Source of the DNA: the human T2T-CHM13v2.0 reference genome, Homo sapiens
DNA: 64,000 nt
Direction: 5' to 3' (one strand)
NCBI RefSeq assembly: GCF_009914755.1
Contig: NC_060935.1
In this document: positions 12,312 through 23,709 of the stretch, piece by piece
Position numbering within the stretch: the stretch's first letter is position 1
Layout of the letters: each line of letters opens with the position of its first letter
Program-made: the position numbers and the translations under genes
The notes under the pieces: generated by a model
Told to the model about the DNA's origin: nothing
Databases searched by the model: none
What the model saw: only the letters and a program-made list of their open reading frames with translations

Positions 12312-12749
12312 AAGATGCTATTATGATGGACTCCATCCTGGCTACCCAGGAATAACTGAAAACTATCCCCAAGAAGAATCCTTAAAGAGATGGAATGGAT
12401 ACAAAGGAGGAAAAGCAAGACAAAGAAATATGTTTTTATCAGACATAGTTTTGTCCTCAACCCACTGCAGAACTCTGGTCAGAGCTGGACACTGTCATGT
12501 GACAGCACCATTGCTAGACCAGGCAGCCTGGAAAGCCATAAAAACAGATAAGCCCCAACCCCTCCTCCTGCTCCTGGTGCCCAAGCCCAAGCCTCAGAGT
12601 CTGCTCTTCCTACGTAAGCCACATCCACCAGCACCAGTGGAAAAGGAACCAGAGAGGGGCATTCATGCACTTGGGTTGATTTCATCCTCTAGGGCATCAC
12701 CCACTGGCACATACAGCCTAATACATGTCCAGTGAATCCTTAGTCTAAA

Positions 12750-13095
12750 ATGGGGTTCACAAATTCAAATTCCTACAGAGGCCTACTAGGGAAGGTAAGT
12801 AAGTGGATGAAGTGGGCCCACGGAGAGACAAGAGGGAGGGGTGGGGACTGGGGTGGACCCAGGAACGCACAAGTCTTGTGTAAGAGGAGCACCATGCTTC
12901 AGGGCCTACATTCCCACATGATTGGTAATGTCCAGTGTAATCAGGCCTCCTGATTTTTCAAGATAAGCCAAAAATTCAAGCTTTTCTGTAAACTGTTTCA
13001 ATTTTAAATATCGACAACAAATCCAAAAAATTTGAAATACGGTATGGGCCAAACAAAACACATTCTCAGGCCAAAGGCCAGGTTGTGATAAGGCC
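12750..13095. mobile_element. MER102-type hAT-Charlie element
   Basis: GGGGTTCACAAATTCAAATTCCTACAGAGGCC...CCTGATTTTTCAAGATAAGCCAAAAATTC...GGGCCAAACAAAACACAT matches the MER102 consensus as I recall it. Confidence 0.8.
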
Positions 13096-13539
13096 CTAGA
13101 GGTCAACGTCCCCTTGGGGCAGGAACCACAGCAGAGCCCAAGAGCTGTATTCTCCACTGAAAGGATTTGCTTTAACCTCCTGGTCAAGGCATAAATCCTC
13201 CATTCAACATTCCAAGCAAGCGGTTTTCCAGCCCATCCTTGAAATCTCCAGTGACTGGGAGATGGACCTGGGATTGTGTGCTCTCTCCCCTGCCCTCTTC
13301 CGCTGGCTCTGACCATTCCTTTAGGACTCAGCCAAGATGTTACCTATTCCAGGAAGCTTTCTAGGATCCCAATATCTATATTAGAGACTCTCCATCTATG
13401 TGTTCATGGCCCCCTAGACCTCTCTTATCTCAATTCTCTCCACGCTGCATTACGTGTCTGTCTTCCCACTAGGCTGAGAGCTCCTGAGAGCCAAGGCTGT
13501 ATATACAGTGGTTAACACACACAGTTCGTATATCAACTG

Positions 13540-13760
13540 GCCTTTTTTTTTATTGCAAGTCATAAAAACTCCATCAGACTCTCTTAAGTACACAGAAAAT
13601 GTATTCTCCATAAAAGTGGCCAAGAAGGCGTAGGCCGAATTCAGGCACAATTGAGTCTGGGGTTCACATGATGTCAACCACTCCTGCCTCACCCCACCTC
13701 TCCCCTGCACTCAGCTTCCATCTCCTGCCCAGGCAGTAGCAAGATGGCAGCCAAAGAGAG
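13540..13760 (-). mobile_element. Old MLT1 (K/L-type) MaLR LTR fragment
   Basis: TTGCAAGTCATAAAAACTCC...TTCAGGCACAATTGAGTCTGGGGTTCACATGATGTC...GCAAGATGGCAGCC. Confidence 0.55.
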
Positions 13761-14009
13761 ACAATCCAAAATGCATAAACATCATTACTAATCCCTTTTA
13801 TTGAACAGAAAATGGAGGCAAAAAGATGTGAAGTAACTTGCTCAAGATCACACGAGTATGAGGTGAAAAAGTGAGGGAACGAAGGAAGCAGTTGGCTTCC
13901 AGAACTCATGCATTAAACACGTTATAATTCTGCCCCCCAAAATATGCCTTTTTCTTGGCCAGTTCCAAATGTGGCCCCTTATGGCCAGGCCACCATCGTC
14001 TAGATGATA

Positions 14010-14087
14010 TTTGGTTGGTGCAAATGTAATTGCAGTTTTGCCATTACTTTCAATGGCAAAAACCACAATTACTTTTGCACCAGCCTA
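14010..14087. mobile_element. MADE1 (Hsmar1-derived palindromic MITE)
   Basis: TTTGGTTGGTGCAAATGTAATTGCAGTTTTGCCATTACTTTCAATGGCAAAAACCACAATTACTTTTGCACCAGCCTA, flanked by TA at 14008-14009 and 14088-14089 (mariner TSD). Confidence 0.95.
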
Positions 14088-14388
14088 TACAATTAACACC
14101 CTGTCCCTGTCCCCTGAAATGTCAACAGCATAGAATGGTAGAGGAGGAGCAGAATAACTTCAATTAAAGGAGAATTGCACAGAGGGCACCCGCCCACAGC
14201 ACAGCGGCAGTGCTCTCAGTACCTGGCAGGAAGCAAGGTTCTTTGTCCTTCAGCGTATTTTCCAGGAGAGCTCCCTTGCCCACTGTCTCTCCCAAGCCCA
14301 CATTTGGGATGGGCGACAGGGAAGATGCAACTTCTGGGAAGCAGCTCTCTACTGGATGGGGTAGTGGGGACCTGAGGATTGATTGCCT

Positions 14389-14532
14389 TAAATGATGGGC
14401 TTCTTAGATTATTTGACGGATTTGGTGTTTCTCTTGTAAAAAACTTCTCTCAGATCTTAAGTAAATGATGGGCATCTTAGGTTATTTGGCAGATTTGGTG
14501 TTTCTTTTGTAGAATAATTCTCTCAGATCTTT
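14389..14532. repeat. Diverged 2 x 73-bp tandem duplication
   Basis: Copies start at 14389 and 14462 (TAAATGATGGGC...TTCTCTCAGATCTT), roughly 88-90% identical by eye. Confidence 0.92.
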
Positions 14533-15189
14533 AGCAAGCTGTTGGTGTCCACTTCTAGCCTTCCCCATGGGTTAGTACCTGAAGCCCCAGCCCTCACTGA
14601 GCCATTGACTTTGATGTGCAACCTGGGCAGTGCTCTGCCCTTCCCCCAGCCAACAGCTTACCGGCATCCATCTGAGACTCCACCTCCAGGAGGCAATTTG
14701 AAACAATGCCTGAAGGAGGGGAGGGGATTACTTGGCTCCTTGACTCCAGCCACATCCCCTGCATTGAGTGGGGGGCTCATCACAGGAGGTGCTTGGGAAG
14801 GGTCTAGGGGATCAGTGTGTCCCCAGGTTGCTTGCTTTCCTGCCTTTATGCACACTAATTTTAGGTTGGAATCGGTCCTTTAGCTTTCCAACGCTGCATT
14901 CCTCCATACTTCTGGCTGCTGTGAATTTCAGGTCATAGGCAAGAGGTGCCTCTCTCAGTAAAGCTTAATGTAAATGCCACCTGCTTTCAAACCAGCCATT
15001 TTCAACCTAAGCTTGTCACTTTTTAATAGGACCTTACTGAAGGTCACTTCTGTTTAGCAAGAGCTCCAACCTTTCAGCCAGGGTCCGTGAGTCCTCACCA
15101 CCTGACACCTCCACTCCACTCAGCCAACAACGTACGCGTGACTTGCCACTTGCACATTCCACTCCTGGAATCAACTTCTGCATCAATTT

Positions 15190-15680
15190 TGTTTAAAAGT
15201 AACAAAAGAAACCAAACTATCCCAGGTGAAAAGAAGTGCATTGATTCATAGATCTGAAAATGCCAGGGTCTGACTCCTGGCACGCTGGGTTCAGGGGCTC
15301 AATGTCATCAGTACGTGCGTGGTCTTTCTGTTTGTTGCATCTTTCTTCCATGTTTTGGTTTCTTCTCCAGTTCCCTGTGGTTGCTCAGCGTTCCAGACCC
15401 ATATCCTCACCAATTAATGTCCAGCAGGTTGAAGTTAGAGCTTTGTTTCTCCAGGAGTCAAAAACTCAAAGCCACTCTCACTGGTCCAAATTTGTCATGT
15501 GTCCATCCTTGAAGGAAGAGCCTAGGAGATACAGCACTCCGATTGGCCAGGCCTGATCACACGCCTACCCCTGGAGGGGGAGTCAGGGCCTCCTACAAGG
15601 AAGGGAGTGAGGAAAGAGGATTTCTTCAGAGAGAGACTGGAGAGCAGCAACATCCCACTGGGTGAGCGGAGGCTGGGCAG
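15190..15680 (-). mobile_element. Old MLT1 (K/L-type) LTR
   Basis: AAAGTAACAAAAGAAACCAAACT...GCTGGGTTCAGGGGCTCAATGTCATCAG...CTCTCACTGGTCCAAATTTGTCATGTGTCCATCCTTGAA...GATTGGCCAGGCCTGATCAC. Confidence 0.6.
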
Positions 15681-16324
15681 TCGGAACAGCAGAAGCCTAT
15701 ACAATGGATGCTTAGCAGGTGTTTATCCTGGGGGTGAACAAATGAGCCACTCACCCTCTGTGCCTGAGTAGGCAAGTATTCTGGAAAGAAGATATATCTT
15801 TTTTCTTTCCTATTCAAGAAGTCTGAGCCAGCAAAAAATGCTGTGTCCTAAGAACCTGTTTGCATTTACAGTGAATTCTCAATTATCTGTCTGTGGCAGA
15901 TTCTCTCTGGACTATCCAGGTTGAGTCCCGCAGCACTGCAGGTTTCTAAGCAAAAGCAGAAGGCCAGACTACATTACTTTGAACATTCCGTAATTCAGCA
16001 AGCTTTGCCTCTACTCAGGCTATCAGACAGTGCATGCTCAGGGAATGCTAGCTCACAGTCATATTTGTCCGAGCAAAGCAGACACAGGAAAGCAAGTCCA
16101 CTTTTGGCAGGAAGAGGCAGAAAGTGGGACCTGGGTGGGAAGCCACAGAAACCCTCGCAGAGCCATTCCTGGGGCGAGCCCAAGCACATGAGCATACACT
16201 TCCTACATAGCTTGGGATTATCAGCCTCGCTGTCTCCAGCCACTGGCATGGATACTTGGGACCTGACCATCCTGGCCAGGTGGTCATGCTATATGACTGA
16301 TATAAACTAAAGAGTGTGCATACT

Positions 16325-16628
<304 letters not shown>

Positions 16629-17065
16629 GCATGTGTGCTGTCGCTATTACCTACTTCTGAACTTGCTTAGGAGCCAACTGAGGTTGGATTCCCTAGAAGC
16701 AGATCCTGAGCAAAGGATACCTGGGGAAGGTATTCATCAGAGGAATGCTACATGAAGGAACCAAACAGTTAGTGGGCCAGTAGTGGGCCCCTCCCGAACA
16801 AGGAAGGGGAAGAAGACAAGAAAGGCTGTGATTTCAGGGAAGTCGTAGCCTCAGCCTGAAAAGCCTCAACCATGGAAAGCCCTGGCGTGTGAATTACATC
16901 ACAGACATTCTTTTCCCATCTTAAGGCAAAGGCACTGGACTTTCCTATCCTTGCACTCTACAGGGATGGGGGAAGGGGAGAGGGTGCTAAACACCCAGGC
17001 ACGTCCAGCTGTGGTGGCCTCAGGTGCCCCAGAGCAATCCTCTGAAGGCTGCAGGTGCAAGCTTT

Positions 17066-18506
17066 TGAGAGGTGACAGCATGCTGGCAGCCCTCGCAGCC
17101 CTGGCTCGCTCTCGGCTCCTGCTCAGCCTTGGCGCCCACTCTGGCCGCACTTGAGGAGCCCTTCAGCCCGCCACTGCACCGTAGGAGCTCTTCTCTGGGC
17201 TGGCCGAGGCCGAAGCCGGCTCCCTCGGCTTGCGGGGAAGTGTGGAGGGAGAGGCACGGGCGGGAACCGAGGCGGCGCGCCGCGCTTGCGGGCCAGCTAG
17301 AGTTCCGGGTGGGCGTGGACTTGGTGGGCCCCACACTCGGAGCAGCCGGCCGGCCCTGCCGGCCCGGGGCAGTGAGGGGCTTAGCTCCCAGGCCAGCAGC
17401 TGCGGAGGGTGCGCCGGGCCCCCCAGCAGTGCTGGCCCACCAGCGCTGCGCTCGATTTCTCGCCGGGCCTTAGCTGCCTCCCCGCGGGGCAGGGCTCGGG
17501 ACTTGCAGCCCACCATGCCTGAGTCTCCCCACCACCACCGTGGGCTCCTGCGCGGCCTGAGTCTGCCTAACGAGCGCCGCCCCCTGCTCCACGGCGCCCG
17601 GTCCCATCGACAGCCCAAGGGCTGAGGAGTGCGGGTGCACGGCGTGGGACTGGCAGGCAGCTCCACCTGCGGCCCGGTGCGAGATCCACTGAGTGAAGCC
17701 AGCTGGGCTCCTGAGTCTAGTGGGGACTTGGAGAATCTTTCTGTCTGGCTAAGGGCTTGTAAATGCACCAATCAGCGCTCTGTGTCTAGCTAATCTGGTG
17801 GGGACTTGGAGAATCTTTATGTCTAGCTAAGGGATTATGAATGCACCAATTGGCACTCTGTGTCTAGCTCAAGGTTGGTAAACACACCAATCCACACTCT
17901 GTATTTAGCTAATCTAGTGGGGACGTGGAGAACTTTTGTGTCTTGCTCAGGGATTGCAAACGCACCAATCAGCACCCTGTCAAAACGGACCAATCAGCAC
18001 CCTGTCAAAACAAACCAATCGGCTGTCTGTAAAATGGACCAATCAGCAGGATGTGGGTGGGGCCAGATAATAGAATAAAAGCAGGCTGCCTGAACTCACA
18101 GTGGCAACCAGCTTGGGTCTGCTCCCACGCTGTTGGGGCGGGGGCGGGGGGGGGGGTTGTTCTTTTGCTCCTTGGGTCCACACTGCGTTTATGAGCTGTA
18201 ATATTCACCGCAAAGGTCTGCAGCTTCACTACTAAGCCAACGAGACCACAAACCCACCAGGAGGAACGAACAATTCCAGACGCGTGGCTTTAACAGCTGT
18301 TAACACTCACCGCGAAGGTCTGTAGCTTCATTTCTGAGTCAGCGAGACCACGAACCCACCAGAAAGAAGAAACTCCGAACACACCCGAACCTCAGAAGGA
18401 ACAAATTCCGGACACGCCGCCTTTAAGAACTGTAACACTCACCACAAGGGTCCGCGGCTTCATTCTTGAAGTCAGTGAGACCAAGAACCCACTAATTCCG
18501 GACACA
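17066..18506 (+). mobile_element. ERV9 solo LTR (LTR12C/D/E-type), CpG-rich
   Basis: Starts TGAGAGGTGACAGCATGCTGGCAG and ends AATTCCGGACACA, with a perfect 4-bp TSD CTTT (17062-17065, 18507-18510). U3 has tandem CCAAT repeats and U5 has GAAGGTCTG...AGCTTCA repeats. Confidence 0.97.
17760..18110 (+). promoter_or_regulatory. LTR12 U3 enhancer/promoter (NF-Y CCAAT array, GATA, AATAAAA TATA-equivalent)
   Basis: Seven ACCAAT motifs between about 17765 and 18045, AGATAA at 18065-18070 and AATAAAA at 18074-18080. This is the known ERV9 promoter layout, so the TSS is expected near 18100. Confidence 0.8.
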
Positions 18507-19419
18507 CTTTGACCAGCAGAGCAGGCAGAAGTAAAGCCACGGTTCACAGAAGTGGTGAGGGGAATACGTGGGTCCTAGGCGGACGCTGTCTATATCTGGT
18601 ACAGGGGCAAAAGCACAGAGGTGTTCTCCAATTGCCCCAAGCCCCGCAGGAGCAGGCACAGAGGGAAGTGAGGGCTTCCAGTCCCCTGGGCCCCTAATTT
18701 CTGAATAGTTCCCCGATCCCCCACCTCACGCTCTTCCTGATGTCTGGTCTTTTTCTGGTTCCGTGTCTAGGCTGCCCCGGCTGGACACAGGCTCAATCTT
18801 GCTGGAATCTGTCCTCTTACTCCCCTACCCCAGCCCAGTGCCCCACCAGCGTGCTCCACTCAGCATCCTGATTTTCCCTGGAATGTGCCACTTTGCCACC
18901 ATTTCCCTTTCAACAGATGGAATATAGCAAGTTCGCTTTCTGTATCAATCATGTCACAAATCATTAAGCATATCGACATCAAGCAGAGCCAGCCTGTGTA
19001 GTCGCAAAGGGGTCGGGTGTTCTTCCACTGCCGAGCAGGCAGGTGCCACTACCTCGTCCTCAACTGTCAGGAGTCCCACCCACTTGGGGGCCCCAAGCCA
19101 GCGGCCCCAACCTGCTCTTAGCTCCACAGGGTAGCACGGAGGTCATGTGATTTATCTGGATCCTCTGCAGGAACCCTTCCCCAGACCACAGCTTTAACAG
19201 CCGATCTTCAGAAGCCAGAGACAGGAGGTCCTGACAAAGGGCAGTCCAGCTCTGCATTCATCTAACAGCAAAAGCTGGTTGCACAGCCACCCAGGGCTTC
19301 CACAGGTGCAGGCTCAGCCCATCTTCAAGGAGCTCACACCTTACTCCAAGATCACTTCCTCCCACTGCCCTCCTCAGGGCAGGACCACGTTCAATGATCT
19401 CATGAGAATCTCAGCGCTT

Positions 19420-19590
19420 TCTAACCTATCTCATTATCCCTCACAATAACCCTGTGCAGTTCATATTTTTATCAACATGTTATAGAAGAGGCCCAGGGAA
19501 GTCCAGTGGCTTGCCATTGTCACACAGCTAAAAAGTAGCAGTTGCCAGGCTTCAAACCCAAGTCTGTCTGGCTCTGCAGTCAGCACCATT
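19420..19590 (-). mobile_element. MIR
   Basis: CTCATTATCCTCACAATAACCCTGTG...GAGGCCCAGGGAAGTCCAGTGGCTTGCCATTGTCACACAGCTA...TTCAAACCCAAGTCTGTCTGGCTC. Confidence 0.75.
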
Positions 19591-21299
19591 CCCCATGCAG
19601 CTATAATGTATTCTTTGCCTTTCAGCTGAGGGTCTTCCTCCATAATTCTGCTCAAAAGTCCTCAATATAAGTGCTTTGTGATATCTACCTTAATCCCCTC
19701 TATTTGTTACTTAAACCCACTTCCTCTTTTCATTGACAAATGGACAGATGTTTGCTCACCTACTGCCTTTCCTCTTCCAGATACATTTCTAGTGTTTGCT
19801 TTTAAGCACCCATGGCGGGAGATGGAAGAGGAGAGGAGGGGGCGATCATGAGATAACAGTAGATAAAATAATGTCCCCTCAAAAATGGTGCAGAACCCAG
19901 CCGGCATCCTGTGCAAATAGTACCCACTTACACAAATCTGAGAGCTATGCCTCCTTAACTTTGTGCCTGAAGTACCTTGCTGGCATGGCTCCGGTCCAGC
20001 CCCTGACATGCACGCAGACACTCATGTGAGGTGTCTTGTCATCTTCCATCCCTGAGTCCACCCATACAGTTGCCCTAGCTCCACCTTTTCCCTGACCCCT
20101 CCCACACACAGCCTTCCATGCCTCGCTCCCACAACCCGCTCCCTCGGTGAAGTCATCTCACATGTGACGCCCCCACCTAATGTCTTCCCAGCAGCCTCCC
20201 CCAACGCCAGTGCCCTGGGTCCAAGAGCAGAATCTCAGTGTTCCTGCAGAAGTCACCATGGAAGAATAATCGTGTTGTGATTTTGAAAGGAAATTGAAAT
20301 CCCCTCTTTACTGCTTTCTAAATGAACCTTATAATTTTCTCCCTGTCTACAACCTCCCTGTGCACTGGCTTCTCTGTATCTGTGTGCATATTTGTGCGAG
20401 AGAGAGTGAGCTCAGTTCTAGCAAGTAGGGCCTCTGGTGGATCCGCGGGAAGGACCCGTCACCCAGCAGGATGGAGTGTGAGCTCTGTGGCCAGGAGTCA
20501 CAGTGCACAAGGCACCCTCTCCCCTAGGCACCCTCTCCCCTGCCCATTCTTAGCCCCTCGGGTTGGAGCCTCCGAAATGGAACTGGCGTGATGGAGCCTG
20601 AGTGCACCAGGAGTTTTCCCGGGTTGGATGAGCCAAGCTTGTCTGAGGGAACCAGGGCTGGAGGACAGAAGAGCAGTCCAGGGAGCAGGGCAGCAGGGAA
20701 CTCTGGAAGGCAATGGGGCTGTGGATTAAAGGGTGGGAGGAATGTCCCGGGAGGCCAAGAACAAAAGGTGGTCCTAGTGGCAAACTCGCAGAAGGATCTA
20801 GAAGAGAAGTGTCAGGCAGGGGCAGGGAAAAAGAGGAGGAGCCAGGGCTCCTGGGCAGCATGGGCGATGGGCACACCTGAGGGGTGTGGCCTATTCAGAA
20901 ACCCCTGACCTGTCCAGGCCTGCTCATCTGGGGAGGGTGGGAAATCAGGACCATTCTTCCCTCAGTAGGGGCAGGGAGAAGTGAACCCAATCAAAGGGTG
21001 AGCCAGGCCATCCCTGTGCTGTGAGGAGTGAGTTGGTCCTCAAGCATCCGGCTTCCTCTGGGGGCAGTGATCTTGGATACTTGGGCTGCACCTCTACCTT
21101 TTTTGACTATCCCAGAGTAGATAACTAAGACCCAAAGCTGAAAACAAAGAGCATCAAGAACCCTATACCATAAAACAATTGGGCCTTGACCACTCCTTGT
21201 GGCTTACTAAGAGGCTAGCCCAAATGCCATGGCTTCTTGCTCTTGTCTGCTGATATGTGGACCACAGGCCTCGGGGAGGGGTTGCAGCTCAAAGAGACT

Positions 21300-21688
21300 T
21301 GTATTAGTCCATTTTCACACTGCTATAAAGAAATACTTGAGACTGGGTAATTTATAAAGGAAACAGGTTTAATTGACTCACAGTTCCGCATGGCTGGGGG
21401 GGGCCTCAGGAAATTTACAGTCATGGCAGAAGGAGAAGGGGAAGCAAGGACCTTCTTCACATGGTGGCAGGAGGGAGAAGAGAGAGCAAAGAGAGAAGAG
21501 CCCCTTATGAAACCATCAGATCTCCAGAGAATTCACTCACCGTCAAGAGAACAGCATGGGGGAAACCACTCCCACGATCCAATCACCTCCTTCCCTGGAC
21601 ACTTGGAGATTACAGGACCCTCCCAGGACATGTAGGGATTACAATCTGAGATAAGATTTGGGTGGGGACACAGAGCCAAACCATATCA
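21300..21688 (-). mobile_element. THE1D-like MaLR solo LTR
   Basis: TGTATTAGTCCATTTTCACACTGCTATAAAG...GAGCCAAACCATATCA with a perfect 5-bp TSD AGACT (21295-21299, 21689-21693). Confidence 0.93.
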
Positions 21689-22689
21689 AGACTCATTTAG
21701 AGACTGGGAAAACCTACAGGGAGGGAATTCAGAGACCAACCCCATTCTCCAGCAGTAGGCCATTTGCTTAGGCAGCAGACTTGGTGAGATGCCTTAAGCC
21801 AACCTGAACAGGGGAAAGGGCCTGCACGCCCCTTGTTGATGTGGCAAAAGATGGGCGAGTTTTCCATGGCTCAAGAGACCCTGCAGAAGGTTGTGGCTTA
21901 GGCCACTTCACTGATAACACAGCCTGTGAGGCCAGGGGACCCTCTTGGGTCCCCCACAGTCCCCCCACTTAAAGAGGCTGGAAAGAGTTGAGCTGGAATA
22001 GACCTCCCACTTTTGGCGCTCACTAATGCTGATTAACATTAGCCTGAGAGGCAGCAACACCCCACCGAGAAGAACCCAGTGCCCTGGTAGTACAAGGTAC
22101 TTCCCTCCCTCTTCTCACCTGCACACTGTGGGAGCCTCCAGGAGGGTGGGAGAGCCGGCATGCCAGAGGGAAGGTGTTCCCCCACCCCCACTCTTCACTC
22201 CTGGGGGAACAGGGAGGAGGAGACCACCTCCTGCCCCACTCCAGGCCCTAAGCCAGAGGGTGTCCTACGTGAGGAAAGGTGAGTTTCAATCCCCTGCAAG
22301 ATTGGAATCTTAAACTCAATTTATTCAGTAATCAAAACTAACTCATAGAATCTGCCCAAGACATTGTCAAGGGACAGAAAAGGGACAGTCAAAAGAGTAC
22401 AGTTGAAAAAGTGGCATAAGAAAAAATTTTTAAATAAATATTTCATGTTCCCAACTGAATGGAGCCTGAATGATAAATCACTTACACAAAGGACACCACC
22501 TTCCTTAGATAAGCTCAAGTGTAAACGTGGGGATGGGGCGGTATTTTAAGGAGACACAGAATAATAAATAAGGAGACAGACTCCCAAGGAAATTCTAACA
22601 GTGGGGCCAAGCTCCCAGACAGGAAAACCTAAGGGTTGTTGGGAAGCGAGGCCTGTCCCGTTCTCCAGTGAGACCCGCGACGCAGCCGA

Positions 22690-22850
22690 GCTTTGCTGTG
22701 GGGTTCAAATCCCGGCTCTGCCACTCTCTAGCTGTGTGAGCTTGGGAAAGACATTAAACCCCCTGTACCTCAGTTTCCTCATCTGTAAGATGGGGGGAGT
22801 AGCTCCTCCCTAGGGGTGTTTGTGAGGATTAAATGAATCAATACGATCCG
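22690..22850 (+). mobile_element. MIR
   Basis: GGGTTCAAATCCCGGCTCTGCCACTCTCTAGCTGTGTGAGCTTGGG...CCTCAGTTTCCTCATCTGTAAGATGGGG...TGTGAGGATTAAATGA. Confidence 0.85.
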
Positions 22851-23677
22851 GATCTTAGAGCAGGACCTGACTCTGCATTGTCCCTTTCCTGTGTTCCCTA
22901 GGCAGCTCAGCTGCTCTCGGAGTCCCTGCAGCTCTCTCTGCTTCTCCCCACTGCCTGCTCACACCCTCACCCTCTGCTGAGCCCTTTTCTGCCTCCCAGC
23001 ATCTCTTTCTCATCCATAATGGTGGCTTTTGACCCGTGGGGGTCCAGACTCCACACCAAGGCCTTTGCTGTCCATGCTGGCTTTTGCTTCTACTTCTGGG
23101 CTCCCTGCTTGATGCTTTCTGGATTTCCCAGTTCAGCTTCTCAAGAACAAGACACTGAATGGCCCGGCCCTTCCCATTTGGGCAGAGCCTTTGAAGCCAA
23201 TTCTTGACTGAATAGAAGTGGCCAGAGCTGGAGGAATCACGTGATATGAAACTCAGCCAGCGAGGGCTGCCCCTGCAGCAAGGGCTCCGAGTGTAGGGAA
23301 CGGGAGCACAGTTTCTCTTAGAAGGGGTCTGAGCCAGGCAGGCCCCCTGACTGACACATCTTACACAAACAGGGAGACTCATTCACTTGGCCTCAGGGTT
23401 ATAGTGAAGATATACGAAGGAATGGGAAGGGGATTAGGGAGACTCTATCAAGAGTGATTTGTCAAATCCCATCTGTGTGCTCAGGACAACACTGTGTGAC
23501 CAAAGGGTCAGGTAAGGTGGAGTGGAGGTAGGGAGGAGAGGGTGGCCCCAGCCTGGGGAGCTGGATGAAGAGGCAGATTCAGTGGAGCATAGGAGTCTGC
23601 AGCACCCAGCACAGACTGAGTGCCCTCGTGTACCAGGTGCCCCTGGAGCTGCCAGAGCTACAGAGGGGATGCAGGTG

Positions 23678-23709
23678 CCTCCCTCCCTCCCTCCCTCCCT
23701 CCCTCCCTC
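23678..23709. repeat. (CCCT)n tetranucleotide repeat
   Basis: About 8 units of CCTC/CCCT. Confidence 0.95.

Larger units (their letters stand above)
16675..18603. mobile_element. Ancient ERVL LTR (LTR16/LTR33-like), interrupted by LTR12
   Basis: AGGTTGGATTCCCTAGAAGCAGATCCTGAGCAAAGGAT...GGTATTCATCAGAGG lies before the LTR12. The remainder resumes after 18510 and ends ...TATCTGGTACA. Confidence 0.55.

Noticed and set aside
14389-14532. Tandem C/D-box snoRNA pair (ATGATG near each 5' end, ~73 nt)
   Set aside because: The C box is imperfect (ATGATGG), there is no terminal CTGA D box on that strand and no closing stem.
17020-17771. Several ORFs of 100-200 aa
   Set aside because: They lie essentially within the GC-rich LTR12 U3 and are a well-known artefact.
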